A stretch of DNA of 64,000 bases from Camelus ferus (GCF_009834535.1 NC_045697.1:78308001-78372000), one strand, 5' to 3'; counted from the stretch's first letter, positions 12,751 to 27,264 are shown. Translations and numbers: made by a program. The notes: generated by a model from the letters alone, not told the origin.

Positions 12751-14434
12751 CTCCTTTAAAAAAAAACATTTAAATATTTGACCAATTAATTCGTTGTCCT
12801 AAAAAGGAAAAGTTTCCCAAATGCTTAAATGGCTCTGGAATTCTAATAAATAAATCTTAAAAATCAATACTTTTGAGAACAGGATTTTTTACCTTTGTTT
12901 TGTAAAATGTAGACCCTGTTGACTGGGAAATTGATCCTTTTAATTACTGATTTTTTTTCTGGTCTATATTAAATTAGCATGAGTTCCAAAGACAGACTAC
13001 TAATTATTAAAGTATTGAAATGTAATTAAACATGTAAAAGCTAATCTGTATTGTACTTTTAGTTTTGGGTGATGCAGAACATACTTTGGTATTGTTGGGA
13101 AGTTATCATTATGACTGAGTTGATTATTACCACTGAGTTGATTCAGCTCTTTGAAAAAGTGTTGATAATACACTTTTAGATAAATAACTTACATTTTGGG
13201 ATAAAATGTCTTAAATAATTTATAGTTTAGATTTTCTGGACTGTCATGAAATTCACATGTCTTCTTAGATTTTTTTTACAGTATCATCTTAATTGTTCCT
13301 CCCTACTCTTTCTGGCAGTTGAGCATAAAAATGTTTCAAAATGAGATTCAAGGGTTGCACCTCCATTTTTATTTATACCATATTAGAATATTTTTCTGTG
13401 TTTTTATGTGCACAGAACTTCTTTAGGTAGCTGTGGGAAATCAAAAGTAGCAGTGCAGGATAAATGGAATTGCGATTATTTTTACTATCTATAGAACAAA
13501 AGACTGAGAATGAATCATGCGTTTAAGCAATTTTGGATGGCTAAATTGCAAATAATTAAAAATTAATTCATTAAGCCTAAGAAGTGAACAGCAAAAACAA
13601 AACACAGAGGGAACAATAGGCCTTTTATGGTAGAAGCAAGATACACAAATAGATTTCTAGGATGATTTTGCTAATGGAACTGTTCTGAACCAGGACAGTG
13701 GAAAACGATCAAATCCCTTGATTGTCTGCAACTTCATTTCTTTAAAGAAAGCAGGTAGATCTTTGGCATTGAGAAAAGAGGGAAGGAGTTATTTTTATAA
13801 TACCAGATAATAGCTTGAAATCCAAGAGTTACTAAATGAATTCAGGGGACTAAGCTATCTTACTTTAATGCGGGAATCTGTGCGTCTTTACATCTTTGGC
13901 AGAAAATACTCTTGGGGTTGATTTATGTCTTTTATCCTCTTATTGTTCACTCAGTGAAACACTGTATTATCTGTTCACTGTTTTGTTTCTCACAGCAATA
14001 TTATATTCATGTTTACCAGTATTTTGTAACATTCTTTCCTTCCCCCCAAGTAAGGGAAGATGCCAGAGAAGGCTTACTTTGGGCGAGAATTGGCTGTGGG
14101 TACCCACCACGGGCTAGAGCAGCCCTGCTCAGGACCTACTAGTCCTGGGCTACACTGGGTACCTGACTCCTCCTGCGAACTTCCTCTGTGAGTGTAGGAT
14201 ATTGAATCATTTTTTTTCTCCTGAGCTTATTTCACAGATTCTGAAACCCTGATCTAGTTCTTGTCTAGAGAAGGTCTGATCTCACCCAAGCTGAAGGAAA
14301 ACAAAATCTTTTCTGTATTTTGAGCTCAGAGAACATGAATATGTTAAGTTAGATTGTCTCAGCCCATACTTCATAAAAAGCCTGCACTTAGGGCATGAAG
14401 ATGGAAAATGCACCACGAGCCTGTGAGGGCAAGT

Positions 14435-14530
14435 GCTCTGCTTATTCATCAGTATTTCCCAAAGTCACTTACCTAGTATCACCTTCAGGAAGTTTCAATA
14501 CCTATTTGTTGAATGGGCTAAGAAATGAAA
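14435..14530 (+). mobile_element. L2 3' end
   Basis: tattcatcagtatttccc...tcaatacctatttgttgaatg. Confidence 0.6.
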
Positions 14531-16552
14531 TGGAAAAATCGTATTATAGCTTGTCCACCTTTGCTGTTTCTTGTTTTGGTTCATCCTCTAGAAAGCTTAA
14601 GTCTTCATATATGAGACAAATGGGTAAATGTATTGTTTGTAAATATAGAATTATGGATATGGAAATATAAGATAGTATGTGTTGTTTTGTTTGTATTTTA
14701 CTCTAAATTGTGTCTATTTATTTGCATGTTAATAAGAAAATCTTGGAAATAGGAAAATAATGCCATTACAAATACTGAGAACCAGAAATTCCCAGAGCCA
14801 CACATTTTACAAATCATCTTTAACTGTTTTGAATATTTATTAATTCTAAATTTAAGTTCAGATCATTAAGCCTGAGCATTTCAATTTCTGTTAATTAATT
14901 TGTCTTTTTAGAAAAGATTTTAAAGTACAGATCAGATGTCTAATCACTTTCAAGTTTCACCATCGCTCACACTGCCAAAGTGATTTCCTTAAAACATATA
15001 AGAGAGAGCATTTGAGGAGAGAAACAAAAGAGAAACAACCACTGTTAAATGAGAGGGCGGAAATGCTTCCTGTGCTTCTTCAGTTCACTTCCCACTCACT
15101 TTCTCTACCGGTCTGTAATTTAACTTGTCTCAAAAGTTTTTTACGATGCTTGAGCAGTTGTGAAGGGTGGACGCTCACATACATATTCAAGCCTATGCGA
15201 TTTATTTATAATTTGGCACCTTTAGAAAAAAAGAGAAAGGATTAAAATGAGTTGTAGTGTGACATAATCTGAAACTTATTATGAGAGGTAGCTACAATCA
15301 ACAGACAAAATTTTTCTTTTTACTGAAAATCTCCCTCTCAATTAGGCAGGAGGGGTGCCTGACTTCCGTGTAGTGTAGCATTGTTTGTTATTGTTTCTTT
15401 CCCTTTCATAGTTCTTTCAGAAAATGAATGGCCAAAAAATAGGTAAGAAGAGAACAATACTGAGTTTTCTTTTCCTGTGATCTTTTAACGGCTCTAAAGC
15501 AGTATGACGGCAGGTGAAGGAATAGTCCCCCAAATTTTAAATTTGTAAAAACTTAATCCCGGATCATACGTTACTTTTCATGAGTATTACTGTCATTGCA
15601 CATATAAAGTAGCCAAGAGATACAGTGATCAGTGAGTTTCCTACACCCGAACGGGAGAACAGAATTCTGTCTCCCCGTCGTCCTCTTTTTCTCAATGACA
15701 CAACAATCATGGTTAGATATTGACAGTAATCTCAATGTACATAAATGGTTTTGTACTTAGCCTATCACAGTGTTCCTGAGAAGGCACATTTTACATGGAC
15801 ATGTATTATTTAGTATTTATAATTCCATGGAAGAGACTCACCTCTTTCAGACGGAAGGAGTTCAGAGAAGAGGTCACACAGAAATGGTTTATGCATTAAT
15901 GATGGTCCTTTACCATCTTCATTAAATTGTGAAGTTACTTGGGGAGGTGGCGTTAATTAATAGAACTATCTAACTTCTTCATGGCTGCTATGAGGTGTAG
16001 GAGAAAATGATTCAACTTTGTGAAGTACTGAAGTTTTCAGACTCTGGTATATGTAGTATCAAATCCTACTGGAACCTGAAATTCAAGTTACTAGCATTAG
16101 TTTGCTTCATTCGCTCTAACTTTCTATTGTAATAGGCAAGGGCACACTGTGTGCATAAAGTCTCTGGGTCACCTGGAGACAGGAGCATAATTTGATCCAT
16201 AGAGCACCCTCTTGACTTTGAAATTATAGCGACCCGATGGAACATACAAAAATAGAAACTTCTACTTTTTCTAACTATATAAATAGGGCAAACGGATTTG
16301 CCTGGAATTCATGATTCTACCATGTTTCTTGTTCAAAAGCTTATGGCTACATCTGCCTCATTTTGTTGTTGATGCTAATTTGGAGTAATGAAATATGCTC
16401 ACAGGTGTTAATACTACAGACAAAGATATGGAAATGAAAAGTGATAACAGGAAAAATAAAATCAGCCTGGACTTTACTAGAAGTTATTGGAAAAGAGTTT
16501 AGAAATGATACTCTAATGTTCCCCAAACTCCATTAGCCTAATGGAAGAGGAC

Positions 16553-16557
16553 TGCAC

Positions 16558-16591
<34 letters not shown>

Positions 16592-16592
16592 G
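16553..16592. repeat. (TG)n(CG)n(TG)n alternating purine-pyrimidine tract
   Basis: 40 bp of uninterrupted alternation, directly visible. Confidence 0.95.
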
Positions 16593-19500
16593 ATCCTGAT
16601 GCACTCACAGTTGGTTGAAGCTAGATTGGCAGTAACAGCTGCCCCCAGTGTCAACAATCAAGTACAATGAAGTGTGGCAACCCCCCAACTGTTTTCCATT
16701 CAAATGAGTTATGAGTTCTCACCGTTCAGAATCACTCTTATTTTAAAAAAAAGTCGAGTTTTGAGAATTGGGGAATATCCACCTGGCAGGGAAATTTTCA
16801 TGCTTTGAAAAAAAGTGGAAAAAAGAGATTACATTAGATCAATCAAAGTCCCTGGAAAATGTTAAAGTGAGAAGAAAAAAAAAATCAGAGCACAGAGAAA
16901 TAACAAAAAAAGCAATCCAGGGGAACCCATTAATAAGAATGAGTGTCAGTGTTACTGGGTCCAAGGACTCTGCTCCAACGGATTAGAACATGGAGCACTG
17001 GATCACAAATGCACGGAGGCAACTGTGACCGGCTAGGGGCCTGCTCCGGCCTCGACATCAAAGCCTCGCTGGAGAAAAAAATGCTTGGTTTCTTGTAGCT
17101 TAATCCAACATTACACACTTCTTTCAAACATCAAAAATGCTGCTCAGTCTTTGGATTGCTGGGCATTCTTACTACTAATCCAGCCTTAATTATAAAAATT
17201 TTATACTCAGTTTCCTTCCCCTGCACCACCAAATGCCTGCTTGAAGGGAGAGGCATGGGAAGTAGGTGACAGGAAATTAGGGAACACTCCATGGTGAAAG
17301 AGAAATTGTTTCTTACCTAGTGTCAGAGCTAGCCAGTATGTTCTAGAAATATCTCTACGTAAAGATATTCTTCATAAAAACATTCATTCATGTGGTCCCT
17401 TTGCTTGATAGAAAAATTAGTTTGTTTTTTTTTCTTTCTAAACTCTCTCTAGTAGACAGAAACTTCCTCTCACTCTGAGATATCTTAAGTGGCACTGGGG
17501 TCCCCCAGATCACTTTAGGCTACTCATCTTAAAAGGTAAAGGCCACATATTTCTTTTCAACCACATTTTACCCAGGGACATTGATTTGTAGTCTTTTTGT
17601 GCCCTTAGGCCTTAAAGTACATGCCATTGGTGCCTATGTACTTGAACTTGAATGATGTCAAGTCACCAAGTTGCATAAATTACCTCGAGAGCAAAATAAA
17701 TAAGTTATTCCAGGCAATTCCCACGAAGAGCCTACATTTATGGCTTCCTACTCTTTTCCTAATGATTAACATGAGCTTATCCTTTTTCTCCCCATAACAT
17801 CTCTCTAAATGCTTGTAGGCAATTAACATGTCTCTCTTTCAATTGTCTCTCCTCTAGTCTGAACATGCCCATTGCTCACAGGTCTGTCTTATTTCCAAAC
17901 CTTTTATCAGTTCAGTTGCTTTCCTTTGAACTCACTCCAGTTTGTCTTTCTTTTCAAACATGGGATATCCAAAACAGAACACAACTCAAGGAGGCCTACG
18001 TGGAGGAACTCAAAGCAGTAAAAGTGGCGTCTTTCTTTTTGCATTCCGCTTCAAATCTAGTTGCATTAAAGTCTTTGCCTTTATTGGAAATAGATTTTTT
18101 TTAATCCCTCTATGTTTATTGCGCACAGTCTGTAACACCAGAGCCTTGGGTATGATTAAACTTCCTCTTGTGTTAATGTGAACAGATGATTCCTTCAAGT
18201 GACTATTTTATATCTGATTTCAAGCAATTTTTCCAATGCAATAGAAGTCATTCTGTATTCATAGCTCTCTTCAATGGCCTTTATGATCACTTATCATTTT
18301 ATTGCTCATGAACATGTTTAATAATTGGTTATCTTTTGGATTGTGTTTCTCATTTACAACACATCACTGAATTATATGGTGGAGAAAACAGTGTCTAGTG
18401 TACATTTTTTTTCAAACATGGCATTGGTCTATTAGCAATTATTCTGCCACCCAAAAGATCAGACACAATAAGCTATCCATCTTTTAGTAGTTTCCTCTAA
18501 TCCAGATTTCTCTGGTTTCTCTATAAGAATGCCACCCCCTGCTTTTGAAAAGAGGACAGGTGTTAAAAGACAGCTGCACTAGGTCTCTTCTGGCAAACTC
18601 CCAGCAGTGAGGATCCTCCCACCCTCTCCCAGAGCTCAATCCCCAATTCGCCTCACCTCCTTCACAGACCGTAGACATGTTACAGTTGGAATGGTAAAGG
18701 CTACACTCCAAACAGGGATATATAATGGTTAATTATTAATCAAGTCTTTTTACTTGCAAATTTACTGAGATGGATGATGACTTTAACAGAAATATATTGC
18801 TATAGGAAATGGTTTGAGGAAACGAACAATGGAGTTTTTTGGGAGGAAAAAAATACATATTTATGATATAAGAAATTCTCATAAATTATATCTATGAGAC
18901 ATCTAAAAGCTATTTATTCTTTACCAATCCCTGACAGTCCATCCAAACAGTGGCAAAATAAATCCATTAAATCTTAGCAGCATTACGCTAACTTTTCCAA
19001 CAAGATAGTCCTCATAGCAAAAGAGAGAACTTATTTAGCAGTATTCTGAGGTATAGTCCTGAGTGGTCAGTTATAAGAACAAAATTACTTTGAAATCTTG
19101 TATTTTATCCAAAACATTCACACGAATTTTGAAATCTACTCCATTATCTGCCTGTGGTTGATTTCATATAAAAGTAGTACTTTGGATTCAATACCAGTTA
19201 AATTCTACCTTGATTTTTCTTTTTTGCTAAAAGTGTGAATATAAGATGAATCACATTTTTTCCGACATTGTAACATGTAATATACTCATTGATTGATTGT
19301 TTATCATCAGATTCCTGCCCCAGCTTCTAAGTACAGAAAGGCAGGAAAGACCCACAGGGCCTGGAGCAGTGATTGGCATAATATAGTTGGGTCTACACAA
19401 ATATTCGTTGAGAGAAAAACTTAACCTCATGTGGCTCCCTATGCCCCTGGTATAAGAATTTTCAGAAACCTTGCCATTCCTTGTGAGATGCAGGGATTTA

Positions 19501-20323
19501 AAGCAACTTGGTGATCAAGATTCACCACGTAATCTTGAAATGACTGTATCATCTAACCAATTTGAACAAACAAGCCAGATCACTTGACTCCATAAACTTC
19601 TTGCATAGCCTTAACCACATTGCGCTTAATGTCATTTGCTTGTTTGTTTTCCTCATTGAGTAGGGAAGAATAAAGGGAGAGCCTGAGGGCAGATACAGTA
19701 CAATATTCATCTTTCTCTTTCAAAGGAACACATGACTGAAGGAATGAATGAATCCATGGACGATGTCTACATGATTTCACCTCAGAGGACAGGTAAGAGA
19801 AACTCATTTTTATGCGATCCATGATATGGCCCCAAATATTTTAAAGTCCTCCATAATCTGATTATTTTTCAACCTTATTTCCCACTTTCTATCACACTGA
19901 TCAATAATGTAGTAGGTGCTTGGCACGTAGAAGGAGCACAGTCAATGCCAGGTTCCATTCACAGGAGTATGTGTGTGGCAGCCAACAGTGTCAATAAAGG
20001 CTATTTTCAACATTCCTGGCCGTATCTTTAACTAAGCCAATGATGTTTACTAACCCTCCTCCCCAAACACACAGGTTCATATCCCAGCTCATATTCACTT
20101 TAGTTATTATTTAGTTATATACATATAATATTTAGTTATAAATTTAGTTATATCTTGTGACTTCCCTACTCATAGAGGGCTGTGTGCTTCTTCTTTAGCC
20201 ATTCTCACTCAAATGTGGTCGAATTTTCACCTCTTTTCTTCTGAGCTCTCCAGCCTCTTTTATCTTTCTCGTCCAAGAATAACAATAGTTGAAACGCACA
20301 TGAGTAAATTTAGTAATGTGTTA

Positions 20324-20373
20324 TTTTGCATTGTTCGCAAATCACTGCTTTTGCATTGTTCGCAAATCACTGC
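20324..20373. repeat. Perfect 25-bp tandem duplication
   Basis: ttttgcattgttcgcaaatcactgc twice. Confidence 0.95.
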
Positions 20374-20518
20374 AGAGGTTCTTAGTCTTCTGTCACCAAC
20401 TTGTCACATTCCCCAGGACTGAGGACAGAAAGTATTCAAATATATTTTTGACAGATTCATAAATGTGTCTTTCATGATTCTTGACTTTATTTCCTTCTTT
20501 TAAATTATCACAGTTCAA

Positions 20519-20684
20519 GGGGGTGAGTGTAGCTCAGTGGTAGAGTATGTGCCTAGCATGCACAAGGCCCTGGGTTCAATCCCCAGCACCTCCATTAAAA
20601 TAAATAAATAAATAAACCTAATTACCCCCCCAAATAAATTTTAAAAATATGTTAAATAAGTAAATAATTTAAAAAAGAAACAAA
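20519..20684 (+). mobile_element. tRNA-derived SINE, camelid vic-1-like
   Basis: tagctcagtggtagag (A box), gggttcaatccc (B box), A-rich tail; TSD taaattatcacagttcaa (20501-20518) / taagtgatcacagttcaa (20685-20702). Confidence 0.92.
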
Positions 20685-22546
20685 TAAGTGATCACAGTTC
20701 AAATGCTCATGAAAACATGGTAGGAGAAAGAAGATTATTAAAACATGCTCCCGTGAAAAATTATTTAAAGTTCCTCTAGTTTGCAAACATCCATTTGGAT
20801 GCTTATTGGAATGAAAGGCCAACGGGGTTTAGTTAAAGATTGAAATGTTCTCATATTTATTTGATCTGTGGGATCAGTTTGGCAGTTCTGGATGACTTTA
20901 AACTTCATGGGAGTCATTTTGCAGGAAATTGCAAATTATTCTGCATCAATTTTCTTTGTCTCTTATTCAATGCTGCCCTCACTTAAAAGGCAGCAAGGCT
21001 TCTTTTTTTTTTTTTTTTTTTTTTTTCCACTTTGTCCTGAGGGCTGTTGTAAATTGATTTGGGAGTGGAAGAGTTGGGAGTAAAGGAAACTGCTTCTCAC
21101 CATCACGTTTAACTGCCTCTTTACTTTTTGAATGCCTCATCTATTCTAATGATAAATGCTTTGAATTCAAGAGATTGAGTTGATCTTACTTTAGGGTATA
21201 TTTTCTTTATTTAGAGTATATCTAGACACATTTAAGTTTTCAAACATGTTCTTTTTAATACAGTCAGAATATTATCATGGATGTATTGGTTATATTGCCC
21301 TGATACTTTCCAAAAGTTATAGCAATATCCTCTTAATGTTTACTTAGTACTTGTTTCAAAAGAAGATTGAATTAATCTAGTAAAAAGAACCTCAAGTACC
21401 TGTGTTTCTTGTCTGCTATTTTAGTCATAGCAGATTGCCAAGGTCCTAGAAAGACAAAAAGTCCAAACTCCAAAGGGAGAATGCAGTGTGCTATTTCCAC
21501 ATCTTGACCGGCAATAATAGCTAAAGGGTATAGGAGCATGTGAAGATACAATTTTATTTTTCCCAGAGCTTTGTTGGAGGTATAGAAGAAACAGTCTAGA
21601 CATGATACTGGATTAAGAACTAACAACAAGAAGTTAGTGGATTATAAGAGCAGGAAAGAATAATCTCCTGAATACTTTGTTGGGCTTACCTTGAATGTCA
21701 AACATCGGCTCTTTTTCTGCACATGTTCTAAAGACAATAGCATTGTTGATAGTTTTCCCTGTGCATTTGCGAGGATGCTTTGTTGGAACCAGTCTGCCTT
21801 TGGCACATGGAGGCAGGACTGTAGTTGAAACAGCAGAAAGGAAATGCCAGAGAAGTTTCTCCAAAACTATAATATCTGTTTACATTTTTGTGTGGCTGAG
21901 AAAAACGAAGCCACTTGCTGAGTTGAGACAAAGGACTGAAAACAGAACGTTATAAGATGTTGCCGTCACAAAACCTTTAAATGCACACTATTCTGTGGAA
22001 CTTGGCACAAGGTGCTTAGTCAGGAATGACCCTTTTGGTTAGTCATCCTAGTGGGTCGGCCTCTTCTTTGGAGGCTTATCAGAAGATTGTGTGGTAATGT
22101 GAAGAGAAAGAAAGAAAGGAGCCCGAGGCTGAGTTCTCCAGGGTTGTGTCTTACAAACACTTCAGACAGGTCGTTCAGATCTTTAAAGCATTGAACCATT
22201 CCTATGTACTCTCTTTCGACATTTTAAAAGTATTTTTATGCTCTTCTTTTGCCATTTCTACAGTGGAGTCTCAGAGAAGACAGAGGGTATGGGTTTCTTT
22301 TGAAAATCTTGGCAAGATGGGTACGCTGTTCAGGGCAAAATATGCCTTGGGGGGTTTTGAATGTGTGATATCAACAGCTTACCTGTAGCCTTTCCAAAAT
22401 CTCTCCCTTGCCTTTCAGTAACTAACAGCATATCGGTGATAAAAATTCGCCCACTATGGGAATGTGACTCGCAACTTTTATTCCTTATTTTCTGCCCTAG
22501 GCTGAAATGGTTATTTAAAAATAGGATTTAACTACAGGTAGTTCTT

Positions 22547-23390
22547 TTTTTTTTTTTTAACATTTTTTATTGATTTATAATCATTTTACAATGTTGTGTC
22601 AAATTCCAGTGTAGAGCATAATTTTTCAGTTATACATGAACATAAATATATATATATTCATTGTCACATTTTTTTCTCTGTGAGCTACCATAAGATCTTG
22701 TATATATTTCCCTGTGCTATACAGTATAATCTTGTTTATCTATTCTACAATTTTGAAATCCCAGTCTATCTCTTCCCACCCCCCGCCACCTTGGCAACCA
22801 CAAGTTTGTATTCTATGTCTGTGAGTCTATTCTGTTTTGTATTTATGCTTTGTTTGTTTGTTTTTGTTTTTGTTTTTTAGATTCCACATATGAGCGATCT
22901 CATATGGTATCTTTCTTTCTCTTTCTGGCTTACTTCACTTAGAATGACATTCTCCAGGGACACCCATGTTGCTGCAAATGGTGTTATGTTGTTGTTTTTT
23001 ATGGCTGAATAGTATTCCATTGTATAAACATATCACCTCTTCTTTATCCAGTCATCTGTTGATGGACATTTAGGCTGTTTCCATGTCTTGGCTGTTGTAA
23101 ATAATGCTGCTATGAACATTGGGGTGCAGGTGTCATCCTGAAGTAGGGTTCCTTCTAGATATATGCCCAGGAGCGGGATTCTTGGGTCATATAGTAAATC
23201 TATTCCTAGTCTTTTGAGGAATCTCCATACTGTTTTCCACAGTGGCTGCACCAAACTGCATCCCCAACAGCAATTTAGGAGGGTTCCTCTTTCTCCACAG
23301 CCTCTCCAGCATTTGTCATTTGTGGATTTTTGAATGATGGCCATTCTGACTGGTGTGAGGTGATACCTCGCACTTTTGATTTGCATTTCT
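22547..23390 (-). mobile_element. Young 5'-truncated L1: ORF2 C-terminus, 3' UTR and poly(A)
   Basis: ORF 23033-23386 translates as the L1 ORF2 Cys-rich C-terminus ([11 protein letters not shown]...CWRGC...[11 protein letters not shown]...[11 protein letters not shown]...WKQPKCPS); poly-T ending at 22558; TSD ctacaggtagttctt (22532-22546) / ctacaagtatttctt (23389-23403). Confidence 0.97.
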
Positions 23391-24984
23391 ACAAGTATTT
23401 CTTAAATATTACATGATCTTTTAAAACAAAGAATAAAGGCAGTATCCTGGGTAATTATCTTGGTAGTTCGATTGTCCCTTCTTTGCAAATTATCTCCAAA
23501 AGACAAGGAAATTTAGTGTGAGTGTGTGCTTTATTTGACCTGTGTTCCTCTCTGATTGTGATCATTTTACTTACCCATCTACTTGTAGAATTTCACCATT
23601 TAAAGGTTATTCTTTTTTTCTGTCCAAATGATGTATAGACTTGTTGTGATTTATTAAAAAGTTGCCGCTTTTCACTGCAAAGCTCTTTGCATTCCTATGG
23701 TTGTTGAAATGATTAGAATATCCTTATGTATTTATAGCTGTAGAGGTAATACCATAAATAGAAGACATGCTGATTACAGTTTTTCTCTTTCATATTTCAG
23801 TAGATCATAATTTCCTCAAAAACTTTTTTCCTGGGCAAAAAAGTCATACTAGACACTTTTTGCCCCACTTTGATATGGTTGAGCTATATAACTTAAGTCA
23901 TTTGGCATTACTCAAATATAAGACAAATGCAATTATTCTCCTTCTAAGAAAATGATTTTGAACTTTATGTCACTCCTTTAACTCAAAGCCAATAGAAGCT
24001 ATAAACTTCAATCTCCACATGATTATAGTCCTCACCAGGGAAGGAGAACAGGGCCAAGTCTAAAGAATAACAATTAAATATTTTTTACATTGTAAAGATT
24101 TTAAAATGTTGGAAATTATAGTTTTGTGTGTTAGCGCTACAGTTAGACCATCTTACTGACTTCATAAGTCATTTCATTTTTTTAAAGACATAAAGAGACT
24201 AGAATAAGACCTGTCCAATTAAATGTACCTTAAATACAGAAAAATACCTAACTCACTTCCTGATTTAAAAATAATTTGTTGGGGGCCACTGAAGCCAACA
24301 GTGTGACGCTATTATACATATTATACGTGTGTTTTAGGCTGATAATGTTGTCTTCAGTACTTCAGATGGATCAGGAAGAAAGAGAACAGTCAGCAGGAAA
24401 TCCAGTCAGCTGCTCTTGAGTAGTTGGGGTGAATTAGTCAGCAGCCCTGGTATTGGAAATGAAGGAACTGAAGAAAAATTTCTCACAATCTAAATGGATA
24501 GGGATTAGGAACTGAATTTAGGAAACAGAGAGGAAAGAGGAATTGAAGCCTCAATATTCAAAACCCCAACAACTTGGCATTACAGTGACACTGGTCTCTA
24601 TGGAATGCAGAGGGGAGAGTGGGATTTGAGAGGATGATGCATTTTGTTTGAACATGAAAAGTCTGAGGTACATTTCATATATCATTGTGGTCATGGTAGA
24701 CAAATAGAAATCTAGATCAGGAATCTAGATCTGGGGTTTAAAAACCAAGGGAAGTATTAAGAAAAAAAAAAAGGCAAGGGTAGAATCATAGGTTAGAATC
24801 TGTAAGTAAAGGAGAAAGAGGAAGCCTTCAAGGCAGGAAGCTCACGTGAATGAAAGCATTCAACAGCTCCTGCCATCCTGCCTCTCTACCGTTAGATTCC
24901 CAAAGAAATTAGAAATTAAGTAAACAAAAAGATGTTTTGTTGGAAGGGGGGAGTAAATCAGCACGACATTCAGAGAGAGTGTTT

Positions 24985-25180
24985 CACTTGCCTCTTCCTC
25001 CTTTCTTGACCTTGCCTGTCATCTAATATCTCTATCGGTCATAATATACATTTACATATTTATTTGTTTATTATCTGACTCCTCCTCAGTAGGATATATG
25101 ATTTTCAGAGTTCAAGATTTATCTGCTTCAATCATGACTGTATCTTCAACTCTCAAAATAATGATTTTTGAATGAATGAA
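24985..25180 (+). mobile_element. L2 3' end
   Basis: Ends in ttttgaatgaatgaa; upstream tatttgtttattatctgactcctcc. Confidence 0.7.
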
Positions 25181-25719
25181 AGTTTGACATGCTAAAAATT
25201 CTGAGGGATGTCAGTTCGATTAGGATAGGTACAGAGATACTGAAAAGGGCATTGAGAATAATCTGAAAATCCTCATTTCTGTAGAAGCACAGCATTCACT
25301 GGCATTAATGGCTGACATATTGGCAAAGGTTAATTTATCTTCTAACTCACAGTGATGAGGTCAGATTAGAGAACAAGCAGAGGTAACAGCCATGAGGTTG
25401 GCCCAGTGGTGAAGTCTCCATCTGTAGCAGACATCTGCAGGCTGGTACATTAGCGGGGTTTCCACCTGAAGGAGAAGTCAGAGGAACAGAAAACTTTGAC
25501 ATGGGCTTCCTCTCAAAGTGGACTACTGCTTCTAGCAGAAACCTGTCCAGCTTTCTCTCAAGGGGGCAGCAAACAATATCAGAAACTGTATCCCGGGGCT
25601 TCCTCCTCTGGAGGAACAGAAATAAACAGGCAGAACACTTTTACAATGACACAGAAAAAGTACTTGACCTATCAAAAGATATAGGAGTTAGAAATTGTAC
25701 ACCAAAGTATTTAAGGCAG

Positions 25720-26820
25720 CATCACATTTATGAAACTAAATCTGATATCTGATGAAAGAATAACATGCAATTGCTAAAGATGTTACAGTGATCAAAATGC
25801 ACATTTGTAAAATTAAAAACCGTACTGGAGGCTATCATGAGGACACTGAAAACTTGTAAAAATAGAATTAACAAGATAGAAATAAATTCTCCCACTAGAC
25901 GGAAAAAAAAAATGAGTGAGATAGAGAGAGAGAGAGAGGAAAAAGAGATTCAGGAAGTACAAATGCATACATACTAGGAATCCCCAAAAGATAATAAAAT
26001 AATTCTGTAAAAAGAACAAAAAAATTTTTAAAAAGAAAAAAAGAACAAAAAAACCCTAATAATGAGTACTCCAACAACAACAACAAAAAGAAAAAGAAAA
26101 AAGAAAAAGAATTAAAAAGTAGAGAGAACATAAGCACTATTTAAATAAATCATGAATCTTCCTAATTTAAAGTCAAGCTTGTCTACAGATTCAAAGTGTA
26201 GAAACCTTATTTTTACTGTTCCTGTGCAAACAAAATAGAAATATTCTTGATATTACAAATCACAAATATACCCTTGAAGAAATAATATATAGAGAGAGAT
26301 ATAAATTAAAAATTAAGAAGTCCAATATGGATGATGGGTGTTACAAGACTATACAAGCAGCAATGAAGTCAGCAAAAACAATTTTCAGGAAAACTGTTGC
26401 TAGTGAGGTTATAAATATTTTAAGAAGAAATAACTTTCAAAAGAAAACTATATAAGGTCAAAATTACAATTTACTTATGATAAGCAAGTGATAAATTTTA
26501 AATTATATGGATGCTATTGGGAAATATGTGAGAAGGGTAGTGTGGAAAGGTGAAGTATGCTAAATCTTTAATCCTTTCAGAGGCTTAAGAGATGCTATTT
26601 TCTTCTTGACATTTATATTAAAGAAAAAAGTTAACCTATTGGAAAATATTAGTAGAAGAAAAATAAGCTTTTAACTTACAAATCACTAGAACAAAGGAAC
26701 ATATGTCAGGAGAATGAAGGAAATTCAAAACAAAAACAAAAACAAGAATTAACCAGAAAAAAATAATAGAAATAATAGCACAGAGATTGCCTAATGGTAG
26801 TATATAGCTTTTGAAAGTTG
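25720..26820 (+). mobile_element. Highly decayed L1 ORF1/HAL1-like sequence
   Basis: A-rich, with gattcaggaagtacaaatgcatacatactaggaatcccc and gaaaggtgaagtatgctaaatc motifs; weak. Confidence 0.45.
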
Positions 26821-26869
26821 TGAGGGCAATGGTAATCAGAAAGCCTGTGGAGTGGGTTTTGTCAACCAC

Positions 26870-27264
26870 TACAAATGAATCTACATATAAAACAGAAACA
26901 GACTCACAGACATAGAAAACAAACTTATGGTTACCAAAGTGGGAAGGGAGAGGAGGGATAAATAAGGAGCATGGGATTAACTGATACAAACTACTATATA
27001 AAATAGATAAGCAACAAGCATTTACTGTATAGCATTTGTATTATTTTTCAGATTCCATATATAAGTAATATCATATAGTATTTATCTTTTTCTGACTTAC
27101 TTCACTTGATATAATATTCTCTAGGTCCATCCATATTGCTGCAAATGGCAACGTTTCATTCTTTTTTATGGCTGAGTAATATTTCACTGTATATCTACCA
27201 CACCTTCTTAAGCCAATCGTCTGTTCATGGCTCTTGCATTGTTACCATGTCTTGGCTATGGTAA
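26870..27264. mobile_element. L1 3' region with internal inversion (26870-27033 plus, 27034-27264 minus)
   Basis: aaaacagaaacagactcacagacatagaaaacaaacttatggttacc (sense) abutting ttcagattccatatataagtaatatcat... (antisense of the immediately upstream L1 segment). Confidence 0.88.

Noticed and set aside
14051..14187. Isolated plus-strand exon-like segments (also about 10995-11113, 33324-33405, 41058-41130)
   Set aside because: Splice-like sites occur at chance frequency on both strands, with no recognisable protein or consistent phase chain. Non-coding exons cannot be excluded.
20519..20592. tRNA gene call for the tRNA-like sequences here and at 629 and 36989
   Set aside because: A-rich tails, TSDs and divergence between copies indicate SINEs, not functional tRNAs.
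23033..23386. 117-aa ORF as a host gene
   Set aside because: It is the L1 ORF2 C-terminus inside a 5'-truncated insertion.
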